From the NCBI GenBank assembly GCA_050294405.1, contig JBNKOC010000001.1:1-64000 (forward strand): a stretch of DNA of 64,000 nt, written 5' to 3'. The notes under the pieces are model-generated. The model searched no databases and was not told where the DNA came from. It was given only the letters and a program-made list of their open reading frames with translations. The position numbers were made by a program, and so were the translations under genes. Source of the stretch: Fibrobacteria bacterium. GTDB taxonomy: Bacteria > Fibrobacterota > Fibrobacteria > UBA11236 > JADFYW01. Shown one piece after another: positions 27,601 to 36,869 of this stretch (position 1 is its first letter; the number at the start of each line of letters is the position of its first letter).

Positions 27601-29359
27601 CTATCCCAAATCCCAGGTTTATTTGGGGCCGGAAACAGCAGGTGGTAAGTGGACCAGGGTATCTTCTACTATTGTGGGAAACCAACATATTGTCCGTACC
27701 GACAATCTCCGGGAGTATATAGTGGCTCAGGACAACACTCCTCCCGTAGTAAGCATAAGCGATCCTCTTCCAGGCACTAATATTCCTGGGACTGTGGGGG
27801 TTCCTTTAAATGTAAGTTATACAGTTAGCGATAATGTAAGTAACCCTGATGCCAGTGTTAAGCTTTACAATGTGGTAAACAATGAAGTTATACTATCAGC
27901 CCCTTTAAACGGAGAAACCGGAGTTTTTCAAATTCCCGGAGAATATGTGGGGGTATATGGCATGTGGTTTGTAATGAATGCCAGCGATGGGCCTAATTCA
28001 GTTGCATCGGATACTATAGATGTTGTGGTTGCTAATGTGGATGCCTTAACTTCCAGTAATGTAGTGGTTCCAGGTAATTATCAACTGTTATCTGTTCCCA
28101 TGGTTCAAACGAACCCCGCCATTTCAGCTATGTTTGATCCCTACTGGGGTGCGGCCAATCCCAGTGTATGGCGAATTTTTGATTACGATGGCAATGGCTT
28201 TGTGGAATTAAATTCGGCGTCCCTGCTTGAGACTGGCAAGAGCTACTGGGTTCGATCTCAGGGCATAAATCTGCAACCCGTAATTCCTGCTGCCACTGCA
28301 TTTACACCCGCTTTATCCAAACCCTTTGAAGTGGACACCCACACAGGGTGGAATTGCCTTTCCAATCCCTTTATGTTTAATATTTATTCCGGGGATATTT
28401 CCAGTATAAACCAAAACGTACAGATATATGCCAAGGACCCTGCCTTGGGATGGGTCATAGGGGACAGTTTGCTGCTAAGCCCCTGGTCCGGTTTTATTTT
28501 TAAGAACCCCAGCCTCACTCAATCGGGCCATCTAACTGAATTGAAAATTCCTCCCACACCAGTTCCGGCGGCGCCTGTGGCTAAACGAGCCAGCACTGGC
28601 CAAACTATTGGTATTGTGGCCCGCAGCAACAAAGAGCTCGATGGACAGCTCATAGCAGGATACAACTTTTCAGGCAGCATCCTGGGGGAAGATAGAAAAG
28701 ATTATGTGAAGCCCCCTATGGATATTTCTTCTCTGCAAATAAGCTGGAAAAACTTGGGAGAGGGAACCGTAGAAGGAAGTTACTTATCTGATGTACGTGG
28801 CCAATTGGACGAAGGTTTTTATTGGACTATGGATGTTCAGTCTGGAAACAATTCAAAAATAGAGTTGGAGTTTTATGGTTTGGAGAATATTCCCCAAGGG
28901 CTTAACGCATGGGTTTTAGACAGGTTCCGCAACAAACTGTATAACTTGGGCGAAGCTAAATCTCTGCTCGAATTAGAAGCGGATAAACGAAGTTTTGAGC
29001 TTGAACTCATAGTGGGTAATGATAACTACTTAGCAAAAAGGCAGGCAGTTCAATTTGAAAAGTTTGCATTTGGACTGCTTAAAAATTTCCCTAACCCTTT
29101 TACAGGTATCACATACATTCCTTTTAGCTTGCCTGGGGATGGTGTTAATATCAATGGGGTAGCATATGAGTTAAGCCTTTATGATGTTCGCGGCCAAAAA
29201 ATAATGAATCTTGAAAAGGGCGTTAAAAAGCCCGGCTCCTATATTGCCAGTTGGAATGGACGCCAACAGGGAAAAGAACTGCCCGCTGGAGTTTATTTGG
29301 TTAAACTCAGAATTGATAAGGGTTCTTTTAAAACTATGAAAATTATCAAGTCTCTGTGA
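24695..29359 (+). CDS. Large surface protein: DUF2341 + LamG/ConA-like + cadherin-like + 3 putative-Ig repeats + C-terminal FlgD-Ig-like sorting domain
   Basis: DFPLLVRL..GADIRF..LSYEIERW..IWV (DUF2341); WTHVCASW..DEITIS (LamG); NQAPTNI..FDY..YSIRV (cadherin); LPxGLxxDPxxGxIxGTP x3; NFPNPF...WNGR..LPAGVYLVKL. Confidence 0.85.
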   Translation: MERFYDSLKKVPGFKIQGILALFCFLTAPVFSQLDGWDYSSQISINTSLTGANIATDVDDFPLLVRLTSTNFDFDVASSTGADIRFTLDDLTTELSYEIERWNPTLGVAEIWVLVPTINGNDNNQSIYMWYGNPNAASESDGAAVFGSTNGYSHAWHLNENPAGGANAIKDRTSRSVDGTPTGGMANNQSVTGVAGQGISYDGTDDHIDLEDMTFDYTNGMTVCGWMYYRSFNNWSRMIDCGVGSGDQVFLLGNMGTGGDLRWEIYNGTTPSTLDVTGYYTVDTWTHVCASWDPAGTMEVFKNGVSAGTLTSNVNGLGNATRNSCYLARSNWSGDDYFNGVQDEITISNNPRSAAWVKLTYETQKTTLPATVTVFAGERSNQAPTNIVLSANTVKEGFPIGTVVGSFSTVDPDAGDSHTYSLVQGTGDADNGSFSIEGSTLLTAEVFDYRLKQSYSIRVETRDDGTGELTFAKVFTITIEDVIDPPDNLVYSQGVALSYVEGSAIVTNELSYTGDSATFQVTPALPTGLVLDPATGDISGTPTTAQVATTYSVIGTNAGGGDTIVISITINVASGIPTNLSYDKPNPISYTIGVDIGTTSLSYLGGTATSISIDKILPQGLIFNPGDGSITGTPLVLSPATDYIVTVTNPFGSGTYTLNIAVVDAPQIPANISYTGGNVITYMEDVEISGNILSYTGEQITSVTITPDLPAGLSIDPVFGTITGTPTEVSPSTDYTLTLTNVAGIGTQVINLTVVAFDPTLPEVDSITSPFGDTTMILGESVPLTLHFSSKTTLSGGNLRVHLNASTTLDHYAIIEPFTAQDSVQFEYVVQLGDNKGGFGVTELKLDEGATIKDYVFRNLDLSFNIAKNLPFRSKINLSATRAGLVSAQVSQGGGDTLGLIPGVILIIPPNPAINAQDIFAHQETATAAPGFVVGPNPTFSDATGNPLVFPDSVEVRLQLSDNTISPEDYPKSQVYLGPETAGGKWTRVSSTIVGNQHIVRTDNLREYIVAQDNTPPVVSISDPLPGTNIPGTVGVPLNVSYTVSDNVSNPDASVKLYNVVNNEVILSAPLNGETGVFQIPGEYVGVYGMWFVMNASDGPNSVASDTIDVVVANVDALTSSNVVVPGNYQLLSVPMVQTNPAISAMFDPYWGAANPSVWRIFDYDGNGFVELNSASLLETGKSYWVRSQGINLQPVIPAATAFTPALSKPFEVDTHTGWNCLSNPFMFNIYSGDISSINQNVQIYAKDPALGWVIGDSLLLSPWSGFIFKNPSLTQSGHLTELKIPPTPVPAAPVAKRASTGQTIGIVARSNKELDGQLIAGYNFSGSILGEDRKDYVKPPMDISSLQISWKNLGEGTVEGSYLSDVRGQLDEGFYWTMDVQSGNNSKIELEFYGLENIPQGLNAWVLDRFRNKLYNLGEAKSLLELEADKRSFELELIVGNDNYLAKRQAVQFEKFAFGLLKNFPNPFTGITYIPFSLPGDGVNINGVAYELSLYDVRGQKIMNLEKGVKKPGSYIASWNGRQQGKELPAGVYLVKLRIDKGSFKTMKIIKSL
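26150..26960 (+). repeat. Three tandem ~90-aa Ig-like (He_PIG-type) protein repeats, approximate bounds
   Basis: PDNLVY..LPTGLVLDPATGDISGTP; PTNLSY..LPQGLIFNPGDGSITGTP; PANISY..LPAGLSIDPVFGTITGTP. Confidence 0.75.
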
Positions 29360-29375
29360 TGGCTTCAGGGCGCAG

Positions 29376-30299
29376 TTACTCTCGTTGAGATTTGCGCCAA
29401 ATGGAAGCCATTAGAGAGCCAATTAAACAATGGGTTAAACTGCTAAGGGCACTGGGAAGCGCCGTAGCTGGATCTGTGAAATTGTTTTTTGCCAACACTG
29501 CTCCCAAACCTGAATTTTGCATACCCACTTCAATGGAAATGGTTCGAGATGTTTGTTTGTTGCGGGATAGTAAATAAGCCGCAACATACCCCAGAAAAAA
29601 TCCTGCAGCATGTAAAATTACCACGGCGAAAAATAAAGAAATTCCCGATGTGAGTAAGCGGGATTTCCCGCTGCCTATAATACTTGCCACAATCATAGTG
29701 ATAGCCGCAACGGATATAAAGGGAAATACATCCATAAGCGATTTGGTCTGTTTGGGAAAAAACTGATGGAGTCCAACACCCAAAGCCACTGGCAATAACA
29801 CCACTTTTAAGGTATCCTGAAAAAGTCCTAGAGCATTTACATCCAGCCGGGAGCCTACAAGCAAGGTCGTGAGCATGGGGGTTAAAAAAATAGCCAACAG
29901 AGTGGAAATAGAAGTCATGGTAACAGAAAGCGCCACGTTGGCCCGGGCCAAAAATGAAATAACATTGGAGGCAGTGCCTCCCGGACAGCAAGAGACTAAC
30001 ACCAGGCCCACGGCAAGGGGAGTGGGCAACTTAAAAATATAGCCCAGGAAAAAACCCAAAGCGGGCATGATACTGTACTGAAAGACGATACCCATAAAAA
30101 CGGATTTTGGAAAAAGGATTATTCCCTTAAAGTCTTTTGGACTTAAGGTAAGCCCCATACCTAACATAATTACGCCCAATCCCCAGGTAATAAACGGGCC
30201 TTTAAACCAGGTGAACAAACCTGGATATTTTAAGGAGAGAAGCGAGGCCAGCAAAACCCACAGGGGAAACAAACTGGTTAATTTTGCAAAAACAAACAT
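29376..30299 (-). CDS. Bile acid:sodium symporter family (PanS-like) transporter
   Basis: MLGMGLTL, CCPGGTASNV, ALSVTMT, SIEVGMQNSGL; start refined to ATG at 30299. Confidence 0.92.
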   Translation of the reverse strand: MFVFAKLTSLFPLWVLLASLLSLKYPGLFTWFKGPFITWGLGVIMLGMGLTLSPKDFKGIILFPKSVFMGIVFQYSIMPALGFFLGYIFKLPTPLAVGLVLVSCCPGGTASNVISFLARANVALSVTMTSISTLLAIFLTPMLTTLLVGSRLDVNALGLFQDTLKVVLLPVALGVGLHQFFPKQTKSLMDVFPFISVAAITMIVASIIGSGKSRLLTSGISLFFAVVILHAAGFFLGYVAAYLLSRNKQTSRTISIEVGMQNSGLGAVLAKNNFTDPATALPSALSSLTHCLIGSLMASIWRKSQRE

Positions 30300-30444
30300 G
30301 AACAGGTCCAATCTTATTTAAAATTGGTTTATATTGAGGAAATGAGCTAAAATAGAATAAAAGCTCATTAAGGAAGGGATTATCCTTTCAATTCCAGAAA
30401 AAATTATATTAATAATTGGCTGGAATGAATTTAAAATTGGTTAT

Positions 30445-32538
30445 TTGATGTTTTCAGAAAATGCTCCCCGTGGTGAATTATGCTCAGCAGCCCTGAATTT
30501 GGTGCAGTCGCCCATGTTGTGGCTAAAACCCAATGGGGAATTTGATTGGGCTAACTCGGCGGGATTAAAGTTTTTCGGTTTAAAATCCCTTGATGGCGGG
30601 GAAATAAAAATTTTCGACAAAATCGAAGGCTGGGATGCTCAAAAGTGGGAGTATTTCTATTTAAATCTGCAGCCGGATACCCCTGAATATTTAAAACCTA
30701 AGTGGTTGCTCTCCGAAAACAATATGCATAGTAAGGATGTTTGTTTTCAAAAGGTATCCGATGGAGGCTCTTCTTATAAAATCATTTTAATGATTAACCT
30801 ATCGGAAAAAGGGCACGGCCAAAACCTAAGCCAGGTGGATGGAGCCGAATTTTTAGATAACATCATCAATAGCATTGGTGACCCAATATTTGTAAAGGAT
30901 GAAAAACATCGCTGGGTTTTGCTTAACGATAGTTTTTGCCAAATAATGAATAAACCCAGGCATTATTTATTAGGCCGCAATGATTATGATTTATTTCCGA
31001 AAGAAGAAGTGGAAATTTTTTGGAACCGGGATGAAGAGGTTTTGAACTCTGGCCGGGAAAATGTGAATGAAGAGCTGTTTACAGACGGAAATGGCAAACC
31101 TCTAACTATTATTACCAGAAAGCAATTGTATATAGATAGCTCCGGAAAAAAATACATTGTAGGGGTATCTAGGGATATTACCGAACTGAAAGATGCCCGG
31201 CTCAAACTTCAAAAGGCCAATGAGGTTCTGGAGCAAAGGGTGGAAGAAAGAACAGCAGAGTTAAAAGAGGCCAATGAGGAAATGGAAATTAGGATTTCCC
31301 ATTTAAAATACCTCCATCAAAAAGGAAACTTTTTTGCTCAATTGATTGACAGGGATGCTTTGCTTTCGGCCGTTTTTTATTCCTATGTGGAACGCTTTCC
31401 CAAGGGGGAAGTGCAAATTGTAGAAATTCGCAAGGGCGAGCTTGTATCCATTCACAATACTCCGGGTATGGTGAAAGGGGATATTAAAAGCAAATGCCTG
31501 GATGCCCTGCGCTTTTTAGATGCGGATAAAATGGATTCCCTTAGCTTCGAGGGCTGTTGGATGAACAACAGCTTTTTAAAGGGCATTATTCCCAAAGGCT
31601 TGGAGTATTTACCCTGTTACCTGGTTATTCCCCTTCGCACCAATCATATTGTGCGCGGAGTGGTTCAAATTTTTGCTCCGGCATCTTTTGAAAAAATATT
31701 TAGCCGGGAAGAACCCCTGTTAAATACACTTTCTTCCCAAGCAGCCATTTCCTGGGACAATGCCAACCACTACCAGGAATTAGGGGAGAGAACCCGGATA
31801 CAAAGCGAATTGGAAATTGCGCGAGGTATCCAACAACGCTTTACCCCTGTGGAGCCCAATATACCCGGTATCCAATTGAGAGGAATTTGTCTGCCTGCCA
31901 ACGAGGTGGGTGGAGATTATTTGGATTATTTTCAAAATGAATTTGGCGATTGGGTGATTGTAATTGCCGATGTTTGTGGCAAAGGCATTCCTGCCGCTCT
32001 GGTCATGACCAGCCTTAGGAGCACCATTCGCACCATTGGGCAAAAAGAACGCTCTTCCAAATCCCTTTTAGTCAAAGTAAATGATTTTATGGGGCTTGAT
32101 TTGCAAAGAGATAACAGCTTTATCACCTGCATGTGTCTGGTCATTAATGCCACAGGCGATAATATGAATTTTACCCGGGCAGGGCACCCTAAAATTGTTT
32201 CCTATAACCAATATGATAAGCAGCCTAACTGCATTCCTTGCCGGGGTATTGCTCTTGGAATGGTTATTGGAACCGAGTTTGAAGAAATGCTGGAAGAAGT
32301 ATCCATACAGTTGAGCAGGGGAGATCATTTTGTAGCTTACACAGATGGGTTGGATGAAGCCATGGATGCCAATAAACAGGCTTATGGGTTGGACAGGCTT
32401 ATGTCTTTGTTGGGACAGGGCCGTGATAAGCATCCAAATGAAATTGTGGATGATATTTTAAAGGATGTTAAAACCTACATTAACGGCCATAAGCAGTACG
32501 ACGATTTGACTCTATTTGCCATGGAACGGGTAGGTTAA
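30445..32538 (+). CDS. PAS-GAF-PP2C (SpoIIE/RsbU-type) serine phosphatase
   Basis: PAS (DPIFVKDEKHRW..RDITE), GAF-like, ELEIARGIQ, VGGDYLD, ADVCGKG, YTDGL, DDLT. Confidence 0.9.
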   Translation: MMFSENAPRGELCSAALNLVQSPMLWLKPNGEFDWANSAGLKFFGLKSLDGGEIKIFDKIEGWDAQKWEYFYLNLQPDTPEYLKPKWLLSENNMHSKDVCFQKVSDGGSSYKIILMINLSEKGHGQNLSQVDGAEFLDNIINSIGDPIFVKDEKHRWVLLNDSFCQIMNKPRHYLLGRNDYDLFPKEEVEIFWNRDEEVLNSGRENVNEELFTDGNGKPLTIITRKQLYIDSSGKKYIVGVSRDITELKDARLKLQKANEVLEQRVEERTAELKEANEEMEIRISHLKYLHQKGNFFAQLIDRDALLSAVFYSYVERFPKGEVQIVEIRKGELVSIHNTPGMVKGDIKSKCLDALRFLDADKMDSLSFEGCWMNNSFLKGIIPKGLEYLPCYLVIPLRTNHIVRGVVQIFAPASFEKIFSREEPLLNTLSSQAAISWDNANHYQELGERTRIQSELEIARGIQQRFTPVEPNIPGIQLRGICLPANEVGGDYLDYFQNEFGDWVIVIADVCGKGIPAALVMTSLRSTIRTIGQKERSSKSLLVKVNDFMGLDLQRDNSFITCMCLVINATGDNMNFTRAGHPKIVSYNQYDKQPNCIPCRGIALGMVIGTEFEEMLEEVSIQLSRGDHFVAYTDGLDEAMDANKQAYGLDRLMSLLGQGRDKHPNEIVDDILKDVKTYINGHKQYDDLTLFAMERVG

Positions 32539-32617
32539 AAATAGCCCTTACAACTTAATCCGTCGTTGCATTCTTCGTTAAAACCCTCATTTACAAATAG
32601 TAAACAGCGGATTTTTT

Positions 32618-33712
32618 TTACAACAAACCGTCTAATTCGGAGATGGAAATGCTTCTGTCAAACATGCGTTGTATGGTCCGAATTTTTTCCTGATCCGCAA
32701 TTCCCAGTTTGGATACATGGCTTTTGATAACATCAAAAATTTGGCCAATGGGTTTTTTAACTCTGAAATAGGGAATGTCACTGGCCTCAATAATTTCTTT
32801 GCAATGTTTGTTTAATTGTCCGGTGCCTGAAATTATCAATCCTGCGATTTTCCTTTGGTAGTCTTTAATATGAAAAAGCCCACTTAGGGTTACCAATAAT
32901 TCATCACGGGTGCAGGGAACCACTACCAAAGTATTTTTCTTAAGGTCGCGCACAACCTTTTGGGTGGAGGCCGCTCCTAAAGTAAAACCGTGGATAATTT
33001 TATTGGGAGTTTGCGGGTTGCCAGAGATGGGCTGGTTAAAGAGAACGCTAATATCCAGAAGAGTGGGCTTGTCCAAAATAGGGGAATAATCCAGTCCACC
33101 AATTAGCGTCACCCCTTTGTTGTCGTAGGCCATTTTTATAAAATCAAGTGAGGAGGCGCGCTTCTCGTGGATAAGCCTGTTCAAAAGAACAAATCGCACC
33201 GGGTTATTTTCCTGGAGATACAGGGCCTGATTTAATGTGAGCTGGTCGAAAGCCCGGCCTATTCCTCCGTCGGAAACCACTAAAGGAGGGGCCTTTAACA
33301 TGGCGGAAACCTTGGCGTTGTTTAAATTAAAAATGGAACCTACTCCTGTATGTCCCGTGCCTTCGATAATTAAAAAATCATATTTTTTTTCCAGTTCCCC
33401 TACACATTCCATAATTCGCTTTTCCAAAGCTCCTGTGGATATTTTTCCCTGAAGAACCTCTTTGGTAAAATTTCTTTTAGCCAGCACTGGAGACATATAG
33501 GGGAGATCTTCGTGGAGTTTATAAACATCGGCCATCATGGCCACGTCTTTGTCCACATCAATGCCGTGGAAATTTAAGTGTTCCTGTCCTACGGGCTTAA
33601 TAAAGCCCACTTTTTTATAGCGCTTGCGGGCCAGATGGTACAAACCTACACTGGCTGTGGTTTTACCGCAATTTTGCCCTGTAGCGCCAATAAAAAGTTT
33701 CTTACAGGTCAT
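32618..33712 (-). CDS. BioD-like P-loop (AAA_26) + DRTGG domain protein (Pta N-terminal region-like, no Pta catalytic domain)
   Basis: GATGQNCGKT, GFIKPVG, IIEGTGH, DRTGG-like VVVPCTRDELL, GLIISG. Confidence 0.82.
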   Translation of the reverse strand: MTCKKLFIGATGQNCGKTTASVGLYHLARKRYKKVGFIKPVGQEHLNFHGIDVDKDVAMMADVYKLHEDLPYMSPVLAKRNFTKEVLQGKISTGALEKRIMECVGELEKKYDFLIIEGTGHTGVGSIFNLNNAKVSAMLKAPPLVVSDGGIGRAFDQLTLNQALYLQENNPVRFVLLNRLIHEKRASSLDFIKMAYDNKGVTLIGGLDYSPILDKPTLLDISVLFNQPISGNPQTPNKIIHGFTLGAASTQKVVRDLKKNTLVVVPCTRDELLVTLSGLFHIKDYQRKIAGLIISGTGQLNKHCKEIIEASDIPYFRVKKPIGQIFDVIKSHVSKLGIADQEKIRTIQRMFDRSISISELDGLL

Positions 33713-34132
33713 TTAGTCATTATCAATGATGCAATCAAAAGTAATATCTGCAACTTTGTTAATCATGTTGGCCACAGAACAATATTTTTCCATGCTGAGT
33801 TGGCAGGCCTTTTCAAATTGCTTTTGAGAAAGGCCTCCTTTGGCGATAAAAGTAAGATGTATCTTTGTAAAAATGGATGGAATTTCTTCCCGCCTGTCTC
33901 CTGCTACTTTTATTTTAAGGTCCTGCACATCCTGCCTGGCCTTATTTAAAATGTGCAATACATCAAAACTTGAACAACCAGCCAGGGCAATAAGTAGGGT
34001 TTCCATGGGCCTTAAGCCCTCTTCGTCGCCCCCAATTTTTTTTGGCCCATCTAAAATGGCAGTAAAACCCTGTGAGTTTTTGGCTTCGAATTTATAAGGC
34101 CCAATTTTTTGTAATTCAATTTCTGTCGCCAA
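33713..34132 (-). CDS. OsmC/YhfA-family protein
   Basis: GLRPMETLL..LAGCSSFDV, LSMEKYCSV (two Cys). Confidence 0.9.
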   Translation of the reverse strand: MATEIELQKIGPYKFEAKNSQGFTAILDGPKKIGGDEEGLRPMETLLIALAGCSSFDVLHILNKARQDVQDLKIKVAGDRREEIPSIFTKIHLTFIAKGGLSQKQFEKACQLSMEKYCSVANMINKVADITFDCIIDND

Positions 34133-34134
34133 AA

Positions 34135-34440
34135 CTATTCCCTTTCAAAACCTTCATCGCACAATTCTTCAAATCCCTCATTCAAAGGAATAACATCGCT
34201 AAATCCCATTTGCCCTAAAATTGGGGCTGCGGAATATACCCGATTACCGGAACGGCAGTGCAAATAGGTTTTTTTGTTTTTATCAGCTTGTGGCTCTTCA
34301 CCGTAATTCAAGCTGCTCAGAGGGACCAAATTTGCCAGCTTTAAATGGCCGGCATCCCATTCTTCTTGCTCTCGTACATCGAACAATTGGGCCTCGCCTT
34401 TTTCCAGTTCGCTTTTCATTTCTTCAAGATGTTCCATCAT
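34135..34440 (-). CDS. Single-domain rhodanese (sulfurtransferase)
   Basis: DVREQEEWDAGHL, HCRSGNR active-site loop. Confidence 0.9.
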   Translation of the reverse strand: MMEHLEEMKSELEKGEAQLFDVREQEEWDAGHLKLANLVPLSSLNYGEEPQADKNKKTYLHCRSGNRVYSAAPILGQMGFSDVIPLNEGFEELCDEGFERE

Positions 34441-34461
34441 GGTAAAGCTGCTCCTTTTGTA

Positions 34462-35349
34462 TTACTGAAATAATGTAGAAGATAAATACCTATCGCCCCG
34501 GTCACAAATTATGGCGACCACGACGCCTTGCTCGATTTCGCTGCAAATTTTTAAGGCACAATGAACCGCGCCTCCAGAGCTCATTCCCGCAAAAATACCC
34601 ACTTTTTTAGCTAAATCTCTGGAGGTTTGCACGGCATCATCCTGAGATACATCAATAATTCTATCCACCCGTTTAGGGTCGAAAATTTTAGGCAAATAAG
34701 CCTTGGGCCAGCGTCTTATTCCAGGAATACAGGAGTTTTCCGTGGGCTGAGCCCCAACAATTTGCACATTTGGATTTTGCTCTTTTAAATAGCGGGAAAC
34801 CCCCATAATGGTTCCAGTGGTCCCCATGGCGGAAACGAAGTGGCTAACCTTGCCATTTGTATCCTTCCAGATTTCAGGTCCCGTTGAGCTGTAATGAGCC
34901 ATGTAATTATCCGGGTTGGAAAATTGGTCTAACATCACATGGCCGTATTTTTCAACCTGCTCACGGGCGTAGTCTATGGCCCCCTCCATGGATTTTTCGG
35001 CCTTGGTAAGTGTAACCTCGGCCCCAAAAGCCCGCATGGTTAATACACGCTCTCTGGTGGCGCTTTCTGGCATCACCAATTCTATTTGATAACCCAATGC
35101 AGTGGCAATCATAGCCAGAGCTATTCCGGTGTTTCCGCTAGTTGGTTCGATTATTTTTTGACCTGGCTTTAGGGTTCCCCTTTCAATGGCATTTTTTATC
35201 ATGGAAAGAGCGGGCCTGTCTTTAACGCTTCCACCGGGGTTGTTACCCTCCAGTTTGGCATAGAGTTTAACATTGGGTTTATCCACAAACTCGGAAAGCT
35301 CCAGCATAGGAGTGTTGCCAACCAGGTTTGCTATGGAATCACTTATCAT
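34462..35349 (-). CDS. cysM: Cysteine synthase B
   Basis: KLEGNNPGGSVKDR, EPTSGNTG, MGTTGT, IPGIRRWP, DRGDRYLS. Confidence 0.95.
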   Translation of the reverse strand: MISDSIANLVGNTPMLELSEFVDKPNVKLYAKLEGNNPGGSVKDRPALSMIKNAIERGTLKPGQKIIEPTSGNTGIALAMIATALGYQIELVMPESATRERVLTMRAFGAEVTLTKAEKSMEGAIDYAREQVEKYGHVMLDQFSNPDNYMAHYSSTGPEIWKDTNGKVSHFVSAMGTTGTIMGVSRYLKEQNPNVQIVGAQPTENSCIPGIRRWPKAYLPKIFDPKRVDRIIDVSQDDAVQTSRDLAKKVGIFAGMSSGGAVHCALKICSEIEQGVVVAIICDRGDRYLSSTLFQ

Positions 35350-35969
35350 TAATTTTCGCTTTCAGCCTGAATTTTATAAAGTTCAAATTTTTTGCAATCC
35401 ATAGGCTCAATTTTATGTGCGTAACCGGATTGAATATCGCTAATGCCCTGTGCTTTGGGAGGGATTGAATAACATACATTTCCGTAGTCTCCGGAAATGA
35501 AAGGCACGGAAAGTTTCATGATTTTTAATCGTTTGCCCGTCCCTTTAGGTATAAATTCCTGGTAATCGTATTTGTTTTTCAAAAACTGGCTACGGCTGCG
35601 TTCGCTGAAATCAATTTTTCCCGTCCAGCTTTTTGGCAAGTCGACGGGTATGGTTTTTTCAAGCCGCAATTCCAAGTGGTCGTTCTTTTTAACAATTTTT
35701 CCATTTTTGGGATAGAGTAAAAGCCGGTATTCCGCCAAATTTTTATAGGCCCTGTAACTACGGGATTTTACGCCGCATACATCGCGCATGCTCACATTGA
35801 CGTTGAAATCTATTCCCTGGCAAATTTCCGGCATATCCAAGGGTACCTCTAGACCCTGTTTGTTGCTGCCACAACCTATCATAGAAAAAGATAAAAACAC
35901 AGTGGCCCATTCCAATACCCGGACCAATGAATTTAGAGGTCTTTTAATAATAGCCTTTGAGAACATCAA
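35349..35969 (-). CDS. Hypothetical lipoprotein with four further Cys
   Basis: Lipobox MIGC; stop overlaps cysM start. Confidence 0.65.
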   Translation of the reverse strand: MMFSKAIIKRPLNSLVRVLEWATVFLSFSMIGCGSNKQGLEVPLDMPEICQGIDFNVNVSMRDVCGVKSRSYRAYKNLAEYRLLLYPKNGKIVKKNDHLELRLEKTIPVDLPKSWTGKIDFSERSRSQFLKNKYDYQEFIPKGTGKRLKIMKLSVPFISGDYGNVCYSIPPKAQGISDIQSGYAHKIEPMDCKKFELYKIQAESEN

Positions 35970-36015
35970 TTTTTAACAGCCCTTATGGAGTTTTGAGGTT
36001 AATAAAGGCAAACTC

Positions 36016-36813
36016 TTAGGGAGCTTCTTTTGCAATATCATCTTCTATAACACCCTTCTTTAGCAATCCGTAGCTAATGCCCGAAACGAGATATACAATC
36101 AGAATACTGAAAAGTATTTCGGGAAAGATCATGCCAAATCCGCAAATGTATCCCACCATCATTGTGGAAAGCTCCAATATGGAAACCCAAAGGCGTTTGC
36201 GTTTTTTAATTTTTGGCATGTAAAGGGGGCTCACCATTCCAAGACCCATTAATATCATAATAAGGGGGATGGAATATATCATCCGACTGTGAAGCTCAAA
36301 TAAATTGTATTCGTGAATGAGTATGATGCAAAGTACCACAAAGCCACCTGAAAAAGTGGAAGGGATTCCATGAAAAAAATCAGTTAATTCCTGGCTATCT
36401 TTAGAGTTATAACGGGCAAGACGCATGGCTGTGCAGAGCACATAGATGGTTAAAGAAATGAGTAGAAGTGGAAAATGAAGTCGAGCCCAGTTTTGGTCGT
36501 AGTTGCTTACATAGAAAAACCCAAGGAAGGCAGGGGCCACTCCAAAGGCAATTAAATCGGCCAAAGAGTCGAATTGAGCGCCAAAACCAGAGGAGGCGTT
36601 CATGATTTTAGCTGCAAAGCCGTCCAGTTTGTCCAGCATTGTGCACCAGATTATCATCCAACTGGCCAGGATAAGGGGTTCCCGGCCAAAGAGGGTATTG
36701 GAGAATTGCTCGGGAGGGTTATAGAATATGGCGCCTATAAGGACAGCCAATATGCCCAGCATAAAGGAAACGCTGGTAAAAAAATTGGGTACAATGTATC
36801 GGGTTTGGGCCAA
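36016..36813 (-). CDS. CDP-alcohol phosphatidyltransferase (PssA-like)
   Basis: PNFFT, DKLDGFAAK...FGAQFDSLADLIAFGVAP, RLARYN, FHGIPS. Confidence 0.88.
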   Translation of the reverse strand: MAQTRYIVPNFFTSVSFMLGILAVLIGAIFYNPPEQFSNTLFGREPLILASWMIIWCTMLDKLDGFAAKIMNASSGFGAQFDSLADLIAFGVAPAFLGFFYVSNYDQNWARLHFPLLLISLTIYVLCTAMRLARYNSKDSQELTDFFHGIPSTFSGGFVVLCIILIHEYNLFELHSRMIYSIPLIMILMGLGMVSPLYMPKIKKRKRLWVSILELSTMMVGYICGFGMIFPEILFSILIVYLVSGISYGLLKKGVIEDDIAKEAP

Positions 36814-36869
36814 TCAAATTTCCTGGTTAAATGAAAGAGGAAATATAAATAATCTGGAAGGAGGTAGGA

